Positions 1 through 12,291 of a stretch of 64,000 nucleotides of DNA are shown here, one piece after another. A model generated the notes under the pieces. That model made no database searches, was not told the origin of the DNA, and was given only the letters and a program-made list of their open reading frames with translations. Position numbers and translations under genes: made by a program. Origin of the DNA: Paraspadella gotoi (taxonomy: Eukaryota > Animalia > Chaetognatha); the NCBI GenBank assembly GCA_051294375.1, contig CM119267.1, positions 12,657,081 to 12,721,080 of the forward strand. Reading direction: 5' to 3'. The stretch's first letter is position 1; each line of letters starts with the position of its first letter.

Positions 1-340
1 ATAATGTTTTTAACAAATAAAATTTCTAGCTTCTACTAATTTTTTTGTAAACTGTAACGTGTAATGTTTTCGTATTTTGGAATAACTATTTCACTGAAGC
101 CATTTTTTTCTGCCATTGTGGACATCGCCACGATAAGTGGGTGACGACCACAAAAGCGACGGCGCTGGCGAAAACGATTATGACCTCGATGATCTTGAAT
201 GATGATAAACGAAGACCACGACGACGGCGGACGACGACTACAACGACGATAACGACGACGACCGAAGACGAGGCGCCTAAAAATTCGCGAAACTTGGACG
301 AAAATGTTTTTTCACCTGACCTAAAACGTTACCAAATTTT

Positions 341-2650
341 TTTTAGTCGGATCTGCTTATCAGCTGATTTCCGACTCTATAATCCACTTTGTCGGTTCTT
401 GGCCCCCCTTAAATCTTGTCGGGCACTCACTTAGATCATCGTCAGAACTAGGGTTCCGTTAACGCGCTAATTTTTAAAGAACTTCGCTTAAGCTTCGGTT
501 AACCGTTAAATCGGGTTAATTTTATAATTTAACTTTAAATTTAAAATATTAAATATTTAAAACTAATTAAAGTATTTAATGGTATTTTCTCCTTAACTCC
601 GGCTCCTGAATCGTCTTTATCTTCTATTTCAGATAGATGAGGTACACATTATAGTTGATAAATGAGAAAATTAGGTTTTGAAAAACTATCTTGAATCTAC
701 CCAATCAGCTAATCAAATAAAGCATTATATATAAATCTTTCTTTTGACTCGTAGCATAATAAAAATATGAAAAAAGACAATGAAATAAAATGCATAATGT
801 AATTCTAATTATGAATATTTTGTTTTCCTCTTTTTTCTCTTTCTTTCTTATCGCTTTTCGCTTTTTTTTCGCCTATTTCTGTTCCTCATTATTTTTATAA
901 GTTGTTAGTTTCTTGAAAGCATGTTTTCCTGTTTTAGTCGTTTCATAACAATGACCATAATATATATTATAATTATGAATATTGTGTTAACTGTTAAGAC
1001 TTTCTTTTCGTTGCGTTTATAGATAAGTGAAATGCAAAGTTATTTGTTAACAAACAACGGGTTTTTAATTTAAAAAAAACTGACATGTTTCGAGCTCTCG
1101 ACGCGCTGATTGTGCCTCGGAAAAACTAGAGTTGAAACATCTCCGTTTTTTGTAAAGAAATAAACTTTGTTTTCTCCTTAAATTATGAATATCAAATTTA
1201 TTAATTTAATGGTTTGAAGATCGATTGATCAAAAGAGTTATTAATTTAATAAATATTTTTTTAATTTTAATTAAAGTAAAGTATATCATCATTGAAAGAT
1301 AGTTTTAGTTAGCCTTAATGTCTTTTCAAATATTTATTCCATCTATTGTTCATTTTTTATATGTTTTCTAATAATTTTTTTTATTTTAAGTTTTTTTTTA
1401 ATTTATTCGGTTTTATTTATTTACTTCCTTGTTCATTTTAAAAAGGGAAAAAAAAGTGAAAAAAAAGCTAAAATTAGAAAGATTATTTATTTTTATTAGC
1501 TAAAATAGAATATTATTACTATGTAAAAATTTATTTGCAAGAAAATATATGCAGAATGCATATCATATTTCAAAATATTCATTTGATGTAAATGTATAAA
1601 ATTAGCATGAGAAGGAAAACGAAAAGGAAGAGCGAGAAAGTAAAAAAAAAATACTGAAAGGGCAAAAAAAATGATAAGAGATTAGGATATAAAAAAGTTT
1701 ATAAAGGGTTGAAAATAACAAATGGAAAAAAAGGAAAAAATGTAGAAGAAACAGGGGGAAAAATATAGTGAGAGAGGGAGAGGAGGATAAGAGAAGACAG
1801 GAAAAAAAACTTTCTCTCTAAATCAAGAGTTTTCATAACACAAAATAACAAAAATCATACTATGAAAATTAAACCGAATTTACCTGTTAAAATAAATTAT
1901 ATTAACGGTTAAGTTAAAATTATTTTTAACCGTTAATAACCGTTTACTGTTAACGGTTATCGGAACTCTAGTCAGAACATCGAATATGATAAGTTGTGCA
2001 AAAAAATATCCGTCCGTCCGTCAGTCTGAAAGTCCCCTCCCACCTTTTCATTAAACTCCAATTACCCGTGATTGGATGGATGGATTGAATATAAAATTTT
2101 GTGTGTGGGTGGGAAAGTGTGTGAATAAGCTGGCATATAAAGTAGGACTGGAAAGAGTTTAAATTAGAAAAGCAAAAGACACATTTATTTGAATTTTTAA
2201 AAGTTTACCATTTCTCTATCCCTTTGATTTATCTATTGTTTGATCAAATTAATGCCAGTTGATAAAATTATGCCAGTTGACGTCTGTAATGTTAATGCAA
2301 CTTGATTAAATTATGTAAGTTATTCAAATTATGCAAGTTAATCAAATTATACAAATTAACCAAATTATGCAAAATTACCTAAATTATGCAAAATTACCAA
2401 ATTTATGCTAAGTTAACTAAATATGCAAGTTGGTATTGGCGCAGCTACTGGTAATGATTGATACATCAATTGAATTTATAGATTTTTTCATATATTTTAA
2501 TATATATATATATTTTCATATATTTTTCATATATGTTAAGATCACAAATTGAAAAGTCAGAAAATATTACCGTGAATTTATCATCGGATTAGCTTATTAC
2601 CGCTTAATTATCATAGGCAGATCCGACGTCGTTTGCTCAAACTTTTTTTT
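341..2650 (+). mobile_element. DINE-1/Helentron-associated (HINE-like) non-autonomous element, interrupted by a hAT MITE
   Basis: 5' T-run plus subterminal GTCGGATCTGC (~346-356); (GTCC)n microsatellite near 2010; inverse GCAGATCCGAC (~2617-2627) followed by a GTTTG-CT-CAAAC hairpin and T-run. The same end motifs recur at ~17894-17925, ~20730-20761 (minus) and ~23970-24250. Confidence 0.6.
449..1970. mobile_element. Non-autonomous hAT-type DNA transposon
   Basis: Imperfect TIRs TAGGGTTCCGTTAAC...GTTATCGGAACTCTA; 8-bp TSD GTCAGAAC at 441-448 and 1971-1978. The empty site is visible in the paralogous host repeat near 24080 (GATGTCAGAACATCGAA). Confidence 0.85.
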
Positions 2651-3164
2651 TTAATCTTTGACTGTTGGTTCTGTTTTATTTGGTTTATTTTTCATTTCAC
2701 ACACAATCTCTGATTTGAAATCCAATAAGTATAACACTAAGGCTTCTAAGGCACTATAGCCTGCCTAATGGCCTATTGTCCAAATCAGGGGCACGATATT
2801 AGTAAGTTTTTTGAAAATCAATAAATAATTTTCTAATGGTTTGTACTAATTTCATTTTTGTCATCTACTTGTATTTGGATGCTAGTGCCGAGTATATTAA
2901 AGTAATCCCCGATCTGCTAACTTTAAAGAGTGACGCTTTTATCCAACCGGAAACAGTTCAAAAAATATTATACGAATTAATTGAAAGGGTTTGGTTGTTA
3001 ATGAACGAGACTAGACCTTAATGGTCTTAAAGCGAGACTGCGAGAAAGTCTTGTAAAAGAGGATGGCGTCATTACCCAGCCAATATTAATGGATAATTTT
3101 AATATAGGTTGTACCAATTTCATTTGATCTGAATCCTGATGTGATAACCCTTTCGTTTTTCGTT

Positions 3165-3375
3165 GTTATTAGGATTTAGAGAAAAACAAGTTTTTTAAAT
3201 TGTGGTAGCAACGAATTTAATTGGAGATACGGACAGTGTTTCGGCTCACATTTCGAGCCTTCGATCAGCGTTGAAGGCTCGAAATGTGAGCCGAAACATG
3301 TCGTATCTCAATTAAGATCGCGTGTAACCACAATTAAAAAGGGCGTTTGTTTTTCTCTAGATCTGAATCCTAAAA
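3165..3375. repeat. Inverted repeat with back-to-back degenerate minimal hammerhead motifs; Penelope-like pLTR remnant
   Basis: Perfect 25-bp arms at 3238-3262 and 3273-3297 within ~100-bp imperfect arms. Each arm reads ...GAAGGCTC-GAAATGT-GAGCC-GAAACA(T/CT)GTC. The minus arm has a CTGAT(C)GA core. Confidence 0.6.
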
Positions 3376-3687
3376 AGAATCTTTTTTAAAATTATTCATT
3401 CCAGAACGCTCGCCGCGACCCGTGCACCTCCCTTTGCAGCAGTTTAAGGAGAGAAGGAGAAAGAGAGAGAGAGAGAGAGATAGGATGAGAATAGCATAAG
3501 AGAAATGGGTGATTTTTTTTTCTGAGGAAAGCTGCGAGTCTCGCGCTTCGGAGCGACGACGAAAATACTCGTCTTAATCGTTCTTGATTTGAAACTTTTT
3601 TATATCTTCTCTCTTCTTTAAAAAGTTTCAAAGAGAAAAAAGATGATCACCTCAGTCTTTCTCGCGCATTCTCATCCTGACTGGATG

Positions 3688-3692
<5 letters not shown>

Positions 3693-3746
<54 letters not shown>
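3693..3746. repeat. (AG)n microsatellite (others at ~15263-15300, ~19930-19980, ~21915-21980)
   Basis: Direct reading of the sequence. Confidence 0.95.
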
Positions 3747-4800
3747 AAAACTTGCCATTTCGTCACTTCTTCGGTCATTGACCTTATAACTCGAATGACA
3801 AACGGCTGAAAAAGAAAAGAGAAGAGCTGTCTGATGTTAATTCTCTTTTTTCATTACTTCTTCACTTACTTCCATCACGTTTTCGCATCATGACCCGGCG
3901 GAGACTTTTTGCCCCGAACTGACTTTTTGACTTTCGTCGTCCTAATCGTCTTAATCGTCGTCGCTATTGTCGCTTTCGTCCGTCGTAGTCATCGTCTTCG
4001 TCGTCTTGCATAGTCCGCCAGCGTCTTTGTCGTCTGTCATCTCCGTCACTTTCGTCTTCGTTGTCGTCGCTTTCGTCGACAATCGTTTTCGACGTCGTTG
4101 TCATCGTCGGCCTTGGCGTCGACTCCATAATTTCCGTTAAGTTAATGAGCGTGAGTCGTTAAGCGTGAGTCGCCGCTTATGGTTGTTTCCGTCGTTGTCC
4201 GTCGTTGTCGTCGTTTTCTCTCTTTTTATTTATCTCCTCCTTCCGTTCACGCTTTTTTTTTTTGGACGAGAACGTCTTTTTTTTGTCGCAAATTCCTTTA
4301 ACCGAGATCAATAAATTATTTTTTACGTTTCTGACTGTTGGATTTGTTTCGTCTTTCTTGTTTCCGTCTTCCTTTTGTTAGAAATAGTGTAGTATGTAAT
4401 ATGTATTAAAATTCTATTTTCTTTTAACTCATTAATTCGCTCTCTGATTTTTTTTGAATTGTTTTCTTGATTATTTTTACTCTCACCTCAAAACACGGAC
4501 TCAGTAGCCCTGCATTGAATATTTTTACTGCGGCTGAATCAACTTTCGGTGAACTTTACTGTGCTCCCTATTTGACAGGGATACGAAGAATCACGCCGGC
4601 AGCAGCAAAAATTACGGGGATCAAAAAAACTATGTCCTACTTCAAAAAATAATCATAAACGAAATACTATACTAATTCAAAAATACATTCGAAACTCATC
4701 CGCGAGACTTTATATCAACAACGTGTGTTAAATTTTATTCTGCCGATGACATAAAAGTCAAAGTTTTAGAAAGTCGGCAAATACTCAGACCGCGTGCATT

Positions 4801-7800
4801 AAATTATGTATCTCAGCAAAAGAAGAGTTGCCTGTCTACAAGTTTCACGTAACACAAAATGGCCGTGCCTCATGATGGCAGAGGAAAACCTATCAATAAA
4901 TTGTGTTCTTTCTGCACTAAAAAAAATGGAAAAAACTATTTCTTTTCCCTCACGTAATCCTTTTCCTCTGCTACAAAATAATTTTTTTGCAAAATCGTTG
5001 GTGTCCTTTAAGGTCAGGGATCAGTCAAATTTAAACATTACGAGAACTTTATATACTATATAAATACCCCCTTCCATCTCTCTGCGTAAGTATTCCAGAA
5101 AAAACTGGTTTTTCCGCCGAAATTTTTTTTCTCAGTAAGACCGTGATTTTTGCGAGTAAAGACTGATTCTATGGAGAAAATTCTGAGTTGCAATGACGTC
5201 ATCGCACATCTCGACTATGATGTTTGTGCATCTCGCTAAAGTCAAAAGTACAGAGTGAAGAGACAGTTAATTATTGTTATGTGTTAGTGACAGAAACAAT
5301 TGGAATATAAGCAGTCCCTGAGCTTCGGAATCAGGCTGTAAGCACCGTGTTACATGCGGGTTAAGCGCCCTGTCCCTCTTAACTGCAAGGCGACCACTGG
5401 GCTAGAACCCCGACCTTTGGGTTGGGAGGCGAATGACTTGCCTCCGCGCCACCAATGGCCACTGATGAACGCTTTGGTCGATTTTTAGTCCACCAATACA
5501 TCCCCCTCCCGAGGGAGAAGTCTGTTGGCGTCTCTTCAGTGAATTGTTGTTGTTGGTGAAAAAGTTTGTCACACAAGTTGAGGCATGTCGACCTGAATGT
5601 GTTTGTTGGCGAAAGTGCATCGCCAGGTTGAGGCATGTCGCCTGAAAGTGTTTGTTGTTCTGTTGTGTTCGGAAGTCAGGCTCACGCAATGAGATGACAG
5701 TAATTATATGTTATGTACATAAAATTAGTATACTCTTAAGATATATGAATTTTTTAAAAAGATATAGATAAACAAATATTATAATTATAATAATGTGGTT
5801 AGTAATGAAAAGGATTTAAAGTATTTTCCTTCCACGTAATTCAGGTAAAAATTAAGTGTTTTTGTTCATAGCACTGCTCTCCATAGTGAAATTACAATTA
5901 ATACTTTAAGTATTATTAAAATTTTAGCACAGGTCTGGGAAGATTCTTTTCTAAAACTAAGAAAATGATAAAAGAAAATAGTTATGGCTTTTTACCTAAA
6001 AAAAGGGTATGTCTATAAGTTACTTTTACATAAACAATTTCATGATTATTACCAGAAAACCTTTTATAACTATTTGGAGTCAACAATCAGATAATTCTTT
6101 TATCTTTGTAAAAATATATTGCGCTTGGTAACCCTCTTAGTCAATTTTAAACCAGTATGTTATGGTCTTTTTATTTTAACTTACATTTATAATATTTTAA
6201 AATTAAGTCATGAACGATTCACTGAAACGATTAACTTTTGACGAAAAAAAATCTTAAAAGACTTGGATCGAGCCTCCCTTCAAATGAATAACCAAATATT
6301 GATGCGATGATACCAAATGATTGATGCGAGTGATAACCTAGGAAGCCGCTATAGAAAAAAGAAGCCAGTAACTTTTTTCTATATTTGTATCGATAGATGT
6401 GGAATGACGGGAATATTGTAAATCTCAAGTTTTCGCTTAATCGGAGCCTCACATTGTGGAAAAATCTTAGGAAACCCCAACAAAATTTCACCCCTTTTTT
6501 CAACATTCTCGCCTTTAAGATTTTCGCCGAGTTCTAATTTCCTCTTACAACTTATAAAATTCCGCAATAGTTAATTTTTTTTTACTTAAACGAGCGAAGG
6601 GAATCCACAACTTTCTGTTATTTTATGATTTCTGGGTAAAAAAATATAATAAATTACATTAACATTGGAATATTATGAAAGTATAAGTCTTGTGAAGCCT
6701 GTGAGAGTTAAATAATTAAAAAATTCGCCTATTTTATTAATTGAAAAATGACAAGTAAAGTTGAAGAAGTTGAATGTCTTCCGAGCTCATTTCAGTAACA
6801 CATCCTGTTTCTCTAGCATAAAATACATGTTTACTTTTTGCTGTGGAAAAGAAAGATAAATACTTAGGCTGTGATGGGGTGAATAATATTTTGAATTGTA
6901 AGAGCTGTAAAACACAATATAGTGACAAAAATACATTTTCTTTATCCAAAAACTTTAAAGTTTTAACTAGAGTACAATTTAGCCTTTTTTCTTCAGAAAT
7001 CATTAATAAGAATTAAATTTTCATTTATTCTTATAGGGTGTCATTAGTTTTAAAATTCATTATAATTTTGACTTAGTTTGACACTCATCCCTGTAAGGAG
7101 GTTTCAGCATAAGTAATTCTAAAATTGTATCTTGTATGTGCCCTATGATTATGGCTTCATTTTGGTAGCTAATTACATCCGCTTTTATCTTTATTTTTCA
7201 AAAGATATTAGGAAAATCAGTTTTTTCTCACCTTCCTTTTAATTTCTTTTTAATAAAAATTCGGCGATTCAAACAACCGGACTATTTCATTATGTCAAAA
7301 TCATTATAAAGAAAAAAATGACCTACACAAGTACAGAATCGCGAAATTCGAAGTCGCTCATGTAACAGGAACATATAGGCAATCCCGTTTGCAATTTAAG
7401 TTTGTAAACTTTCCCTTTCATTTCTATAGTAAAATGAGGTTTGAATATTCTCCGGAGATGAGTAGTGGATTTCCCCTGGCCTTGTTTGATATTAAATCCT
7501 TTATCAAATGCCATAAACGAATAGGACAAGCTCTTCAGATGTAACACTCTCGGAATCGTGCGTTTTTACGAAGTGTTTTTTAAACGAATTTCTGGCAAAC
7601 GCGTTTGCAATTTGGGTAGTCAGATTTGAACGGAAATTCTCTATTAGAAAAGATGTTGAATTTTTTTTAAGGCGAAGATTCTCGTCCGAGATAAACCAAA
7701 GTATTGATGCGATGATAACCAATAATCGATGCGATGATAACCAAATGATTGATGTGATAATAACCAAATGATTGATGTGATAATAACCAAATGGTTGATG

Positions 7801-10800
7801 CGATGATAGTGCCATTCATTGATAGTGATGATATTGTAACGAATAGTTCGTCTAAGCGCTAGGTTGGTGTAAAGCATAACGACGTTTGTTTACACGCGTT
7901 ACCAGGGAATAAGAAACGCGTTTAGTCTGACTTGTTGAATGAAGCGAGGAGACGGCAATGGGAATAATTAAAATGGCAGTTTTCCGTGTTTTCGATCAAT
8001 GCTCACTTGGCCTGACTAGTGAGTATTTAAATGAAATGATCATTAAAATGATAATTGATGATATTTAACATGAATTGCATTGTTCAAGGTTTGAACTTTC
8101 ACAATACAATACTTGTAACGTTCTAACACTGGCATTGTGACTTGAACGACAGACATTTAAATAAGTTCTCGAAAAATAGCCTTTTTAACTTTAATAATAA
8201 TCCATTCATTGATACGATGATAGTCATTCATTGATGCGATGTAGTCCATTCATTGACGCAATAAATCATTCATTCATAAATAAAAACAAACAAATGTGTG
8301 AATGAGTGAAAGAGAGAGAGGAAAGAGAGAGAGAAAGAGAGAGAAAGAAAGAGAATAAATCCAACGAAAATTCTCGGATGTAAATTTGGGATTTTGCATT
8401 GAAAAAAAAAGCGCGGAATAAATGGCGATAATAAAAGTTTTTAAAATGAAAAAAAAATCAAAATTTTTCAAAAAACGATCACGCAAAAAAGATTGTACAG
8501 AGAGAGAGAGAGAGAAAGCTGGACAGCCGCTGGAAGGCAGNNNNNNNNNNNNNNNNNNNNNNNNNTAAAGAGATTTTAAATTATGTATCTCAGCAAAAGA
8601 AGAGTTGCCTGTCTACGTTTCACGTAAACAAATGGCGTGCCTCATGATGCAGAGGAAACCTATCAATAAATTGTGTTCTTTCTGCACTAAAAAAAATGGA
8701 AAAAACTATTTTTTTCCTCACGTAATCTTTTCCTCTGCTACAAAATAATTTTTGGCAAAATCGTTGGTGTCCCTTTAAGGTCAGGGATCAGTCAATTTAA
8801 ACATTACGAGAACTTTATATACTATATTAAATACCCCTTCGCATCTCTCTCGTAAGTATTCCAGAAAAAATGGTTTTTCCCCCAAATTTTTTTTCTCAGT
8901 AAACCGTGATTTTCGGAGTAAAGCACTGAATTCTATGGAGAAAATTCTGAGTTGCAATGACGTCATCGCACATCTCGACTATGATGTTGTGCATCTCAAA
9001 AAAGTCAAAAGTACAGAGTGAAGAGACAGTAATTATTGTTATGTGTTAGTGACAGAACCATTGAATATAAGCAGTCCCTGAGCTTGCGATCAGGCTGTAA
9101 CACCGTGTTACATGCGGTTAAGCGCCCTGTCCCTCTAACTGCGCAAGGCGACCACTGGGCTAGAACCCCGGACCTTTGGGTTGGGAGCGAATGACTTGCC
9201 TCCGGCACCAATGGCCACTGATGAACGCTTGGTCGATTTTAGTCCACCATCACATCCCCCCTCCCGTAGGGAGAAGTCTGTTGCGTCTCTTCAGTGAATT
9301 GTTGTTGTTGGTGAAAAGTTTGTCACCAAGTTGAGGCATGTCGCCTGATGTGTTGTTGGCGGAAAGTGCATCGCCAGGTTGAGGCATGTCGCCTGAAAGT
9401 GTTGTTGTTGGCTGTTGTGTTCGGAAGTCAGGCCTCACCAATGAAGAGACAGTAATATTGTTATGTACATAAAATTAGTAACTCTTAAGATATAATGATT
9501 TTTTAAAAGGATATAGATAAACAAATAATTATAAATTATAATGTTTAGTAGTATGTTCCTTCACGTAATTCAGGAAAAATTAAGTGTTTTTGTTCATGCA
9601 CTGCCTCTCCATGTGAAATTACAATTAATACTTTAAGTATTATAAAATTTTAGCACAGGTCTGGGAAGATTCTATTTCTAAAACTAAGAAAATGATAAAA
9701 GAAAATAGTTATGGTTTTTAAACTAAAAGGGAATGTACTATAAGTTATTTTACATAAACAATTTCATGATTATTTTACAGAAAACCTTTTATAACTATTG
9801 CAGTCAACAATCAGATAATTCTTTATCTTTGTAAAAACAATATATATTGCCTTGTAACCCTCTAGTCAATTTTAACCAGTATGTTATGGTCTTATTTTAA
9901 CTTACATTTTATATATTTTCAAAATTAGTCATGAACGATTTATAATATTATTTTTGACGAAAAAAAATCTTAAGACTAGGATCGAGCCTCCCTTCAATGA
10001 TAACCAAATATTGGATGCGATGATACCAATGAATTAGAGGATTACTAGGAAGCCGCTATAGAAAAAGAAGTAAATTTCTTATATTTTTGTATCGATAGAT
10101 TGGAATGACGGGAATATTGTAAATCTCAAGTTTCGCTTTAATCGGACCTCACATTGTGGAAAAATCTTAAGGAAACCCAACAAAATTTCACCCTTTTTTT
10201 TCAACATTCTCGCCTTTTAAGATTTTCGCCGATTCTAACTTCCTTCTTACAAACTTATAATTCCGCTAGTTAATTTTTTTTTCTTAAACGAGCGAAAGGG
10301 AATCCAACATTCCTGTTATTTTATGATTTCTGGGTAAAAAATATAATAAATTACATTAACATTGGAATATTATGAAAGTATAATGTCTTGTGAAGCCTGT
10401 GAGAGTTAAAATAATTTAAAAAATTCGCCTATTTTATTATTGAAAATGACAGTAAAGTGGAAGAAGTTGAATGTCTTCCGGCTCATTTCAGTAAACATCC
10501 CTGTTCTCTAGCATAAAAATAATGTTTACTTTTTGCTGGTGGAAAAAAAGATAAATACTTTAGGCTGTGATGGGTGAATAATATTTTGTAGAATTTTGTA
10601 AGCATGCTTGTAAAATCAGCAAGCAAATATTTAAGTGACAAAAATTAACATTTTCTTTATCAAAAAACTTTAAAGTTTTAACTAGAGTACAATTTAGCCT
10701 TTTTTCTATTCAGAATCATTAATAAGAATTAAATTTTCATTTACTTATAGGGTGTCATTAGTTTTAAAATTCATTATAATTTTGACTTAGTTTGAGACCT

Positions 10801-12220
10801 CACCCTGTAAGGAGGTTCAGCATAAGTAATTCTAAAATTGTATCTTGTATGTGCCCTATGATTATGGCTTCATTTTGGTACTATTACCATCCCTTTATCT
10901 TTATTTTTTCAAAAGATATTAGGAAAAATCAGTTTTTTCTCAACCTTCCTTTTAATTTCTTTTAAATAAAAAATTCGCGATTCAAAACGCGGACTAACTT
11001 TCATTAATGTCAAAATCATTATAAAGCTATCAGAATCGCGAAATTCGAAGTCGCTCATGTAACAGGAACATATAGCAATCCCGTTTGCAATTTTAAGTTT
11101 GTAAACTTTCCCTTCATTTCTATAGTAAAAATGAGGTTTGAATATTCTCCGGAGATGAGTAGTGCATTTCCCCTGGTTGTTTGATATTAAATCCTTTATC
11201 AAATGCCATAAACGAATAGGACAAACTCTTCAGATGTAACACTCTCGGAATCGTGCGTTTTTTACATAGTGTTTTTAAACCGAATTTCTGGCAAACGCGT
11301 TTGCAATTTGGGTAGTCAGATTTGAACGGAATTCTCTATTAGAAAAATGTTGAATTTTTTTTAAAGCGAGATTCTCGTCGAGATAAAACCAATATTGATG
11401 CGATGATAACCAATAATCGATGCGATGATAACCAAATGATTGATTGATAATAACCAATGATTGATGTGATAATAACCAAATGGTTGATGCGATGATAGTC
11501 ATTCATTGATGTGATGATAATTGTAACGAATAGTCGTCTAAGCGCTACGGTCGGCGTGTTTAAAGCATAACGACGTTTGTTTACACGCGTTACCAGGGAG
11601 ATAGAAAACGCGTTTAGTCTGACTTGTTGATGAAGCGAGGAGACGGCATGGGAATAATTAAAATGCAGTTTCGTGTTTTCGATCAATGCTCACTTGCCTG
11701 ACTAGTGATATTTAAATGAAATGATCATTAAATGATAATTGATATATTTAACATGAATTGACATTGTTCAAGGTTTTGAACTTTCAACAATACAATACTT
11801 GTACGTTTCATAACACTGGCATTGTGACTTGAACGACAGACATTTAAATTAAGTTCTCAAAAATAGCCTTTTTACTTTATAATAATCATTCATTGATACG
11901 ATGATAGTCATTCATTGATGCGATGATATCATTCATTGACGCAATAAATCATTCATCATAAATAAAACAAACAAATGTGTGAATGAGTGAAAGAGAGAGA
12001 GAAAGAGAGAGAGAAAAGAGAGAGAAAGAAAGAGAATAAATCCACGAAAATCTCGGATGTAAATTTGGGATTTTGCATTGAAAAAAAAACGCGGAATAAA
12101 TGGCGATAATAAAAGTTTTTAAAATGAAAAAAAAATCAAAATTTTTCAAAAAACGATCACGCAAAAAAGATTGTACAGAGAGAGAGAGAGAGAAAGCATG
12201 GACAGCCGCTGAAGGCAGCT
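4801..12220. repeat. ~3.7-kb tandem duplication (about 4801-8540 and 8578-12220) separated by an N gap
   Basis: The copies are collinear throughout and differ mostly by 1-bp indels; the gap lies at 8541-8565. Probably an uncollapsed assembly duplicate. Confidence 0.85.
5255..5495 (-). mobile_element. tRNA-derived SINE-like element, copy 1 (duplicate at ~9020-9249)
   Basis: Minus strand has A-box-like TGGCGCGGAGG, B-box-like GGTTCTAGCC and CCATTGG/CCAGTGG acceptor-like pairing. Homologous to the TSD-flanked copy at 18923-19149. Confidence 0.55.
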
Positions 12221-12291
12221 GAACAGTCACTGCAGAGCATAACTCGTTTTTAAAGGGTTCAGAAAGGCAGCAACAGACAAAAATTTTAATT

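Noticed and set aside
5455-5495. Hammerhead at CTGATGA in the SINE
   Set aside because: No GAAA box or stem II follows.
4801-12220. Recent segmental duplication as a biological event
   Set aside because: The copies flank an N gap and differ mainly by homopolymer-type indels, so an uncollapsed assembly is more likely; needs read-depth evidence.
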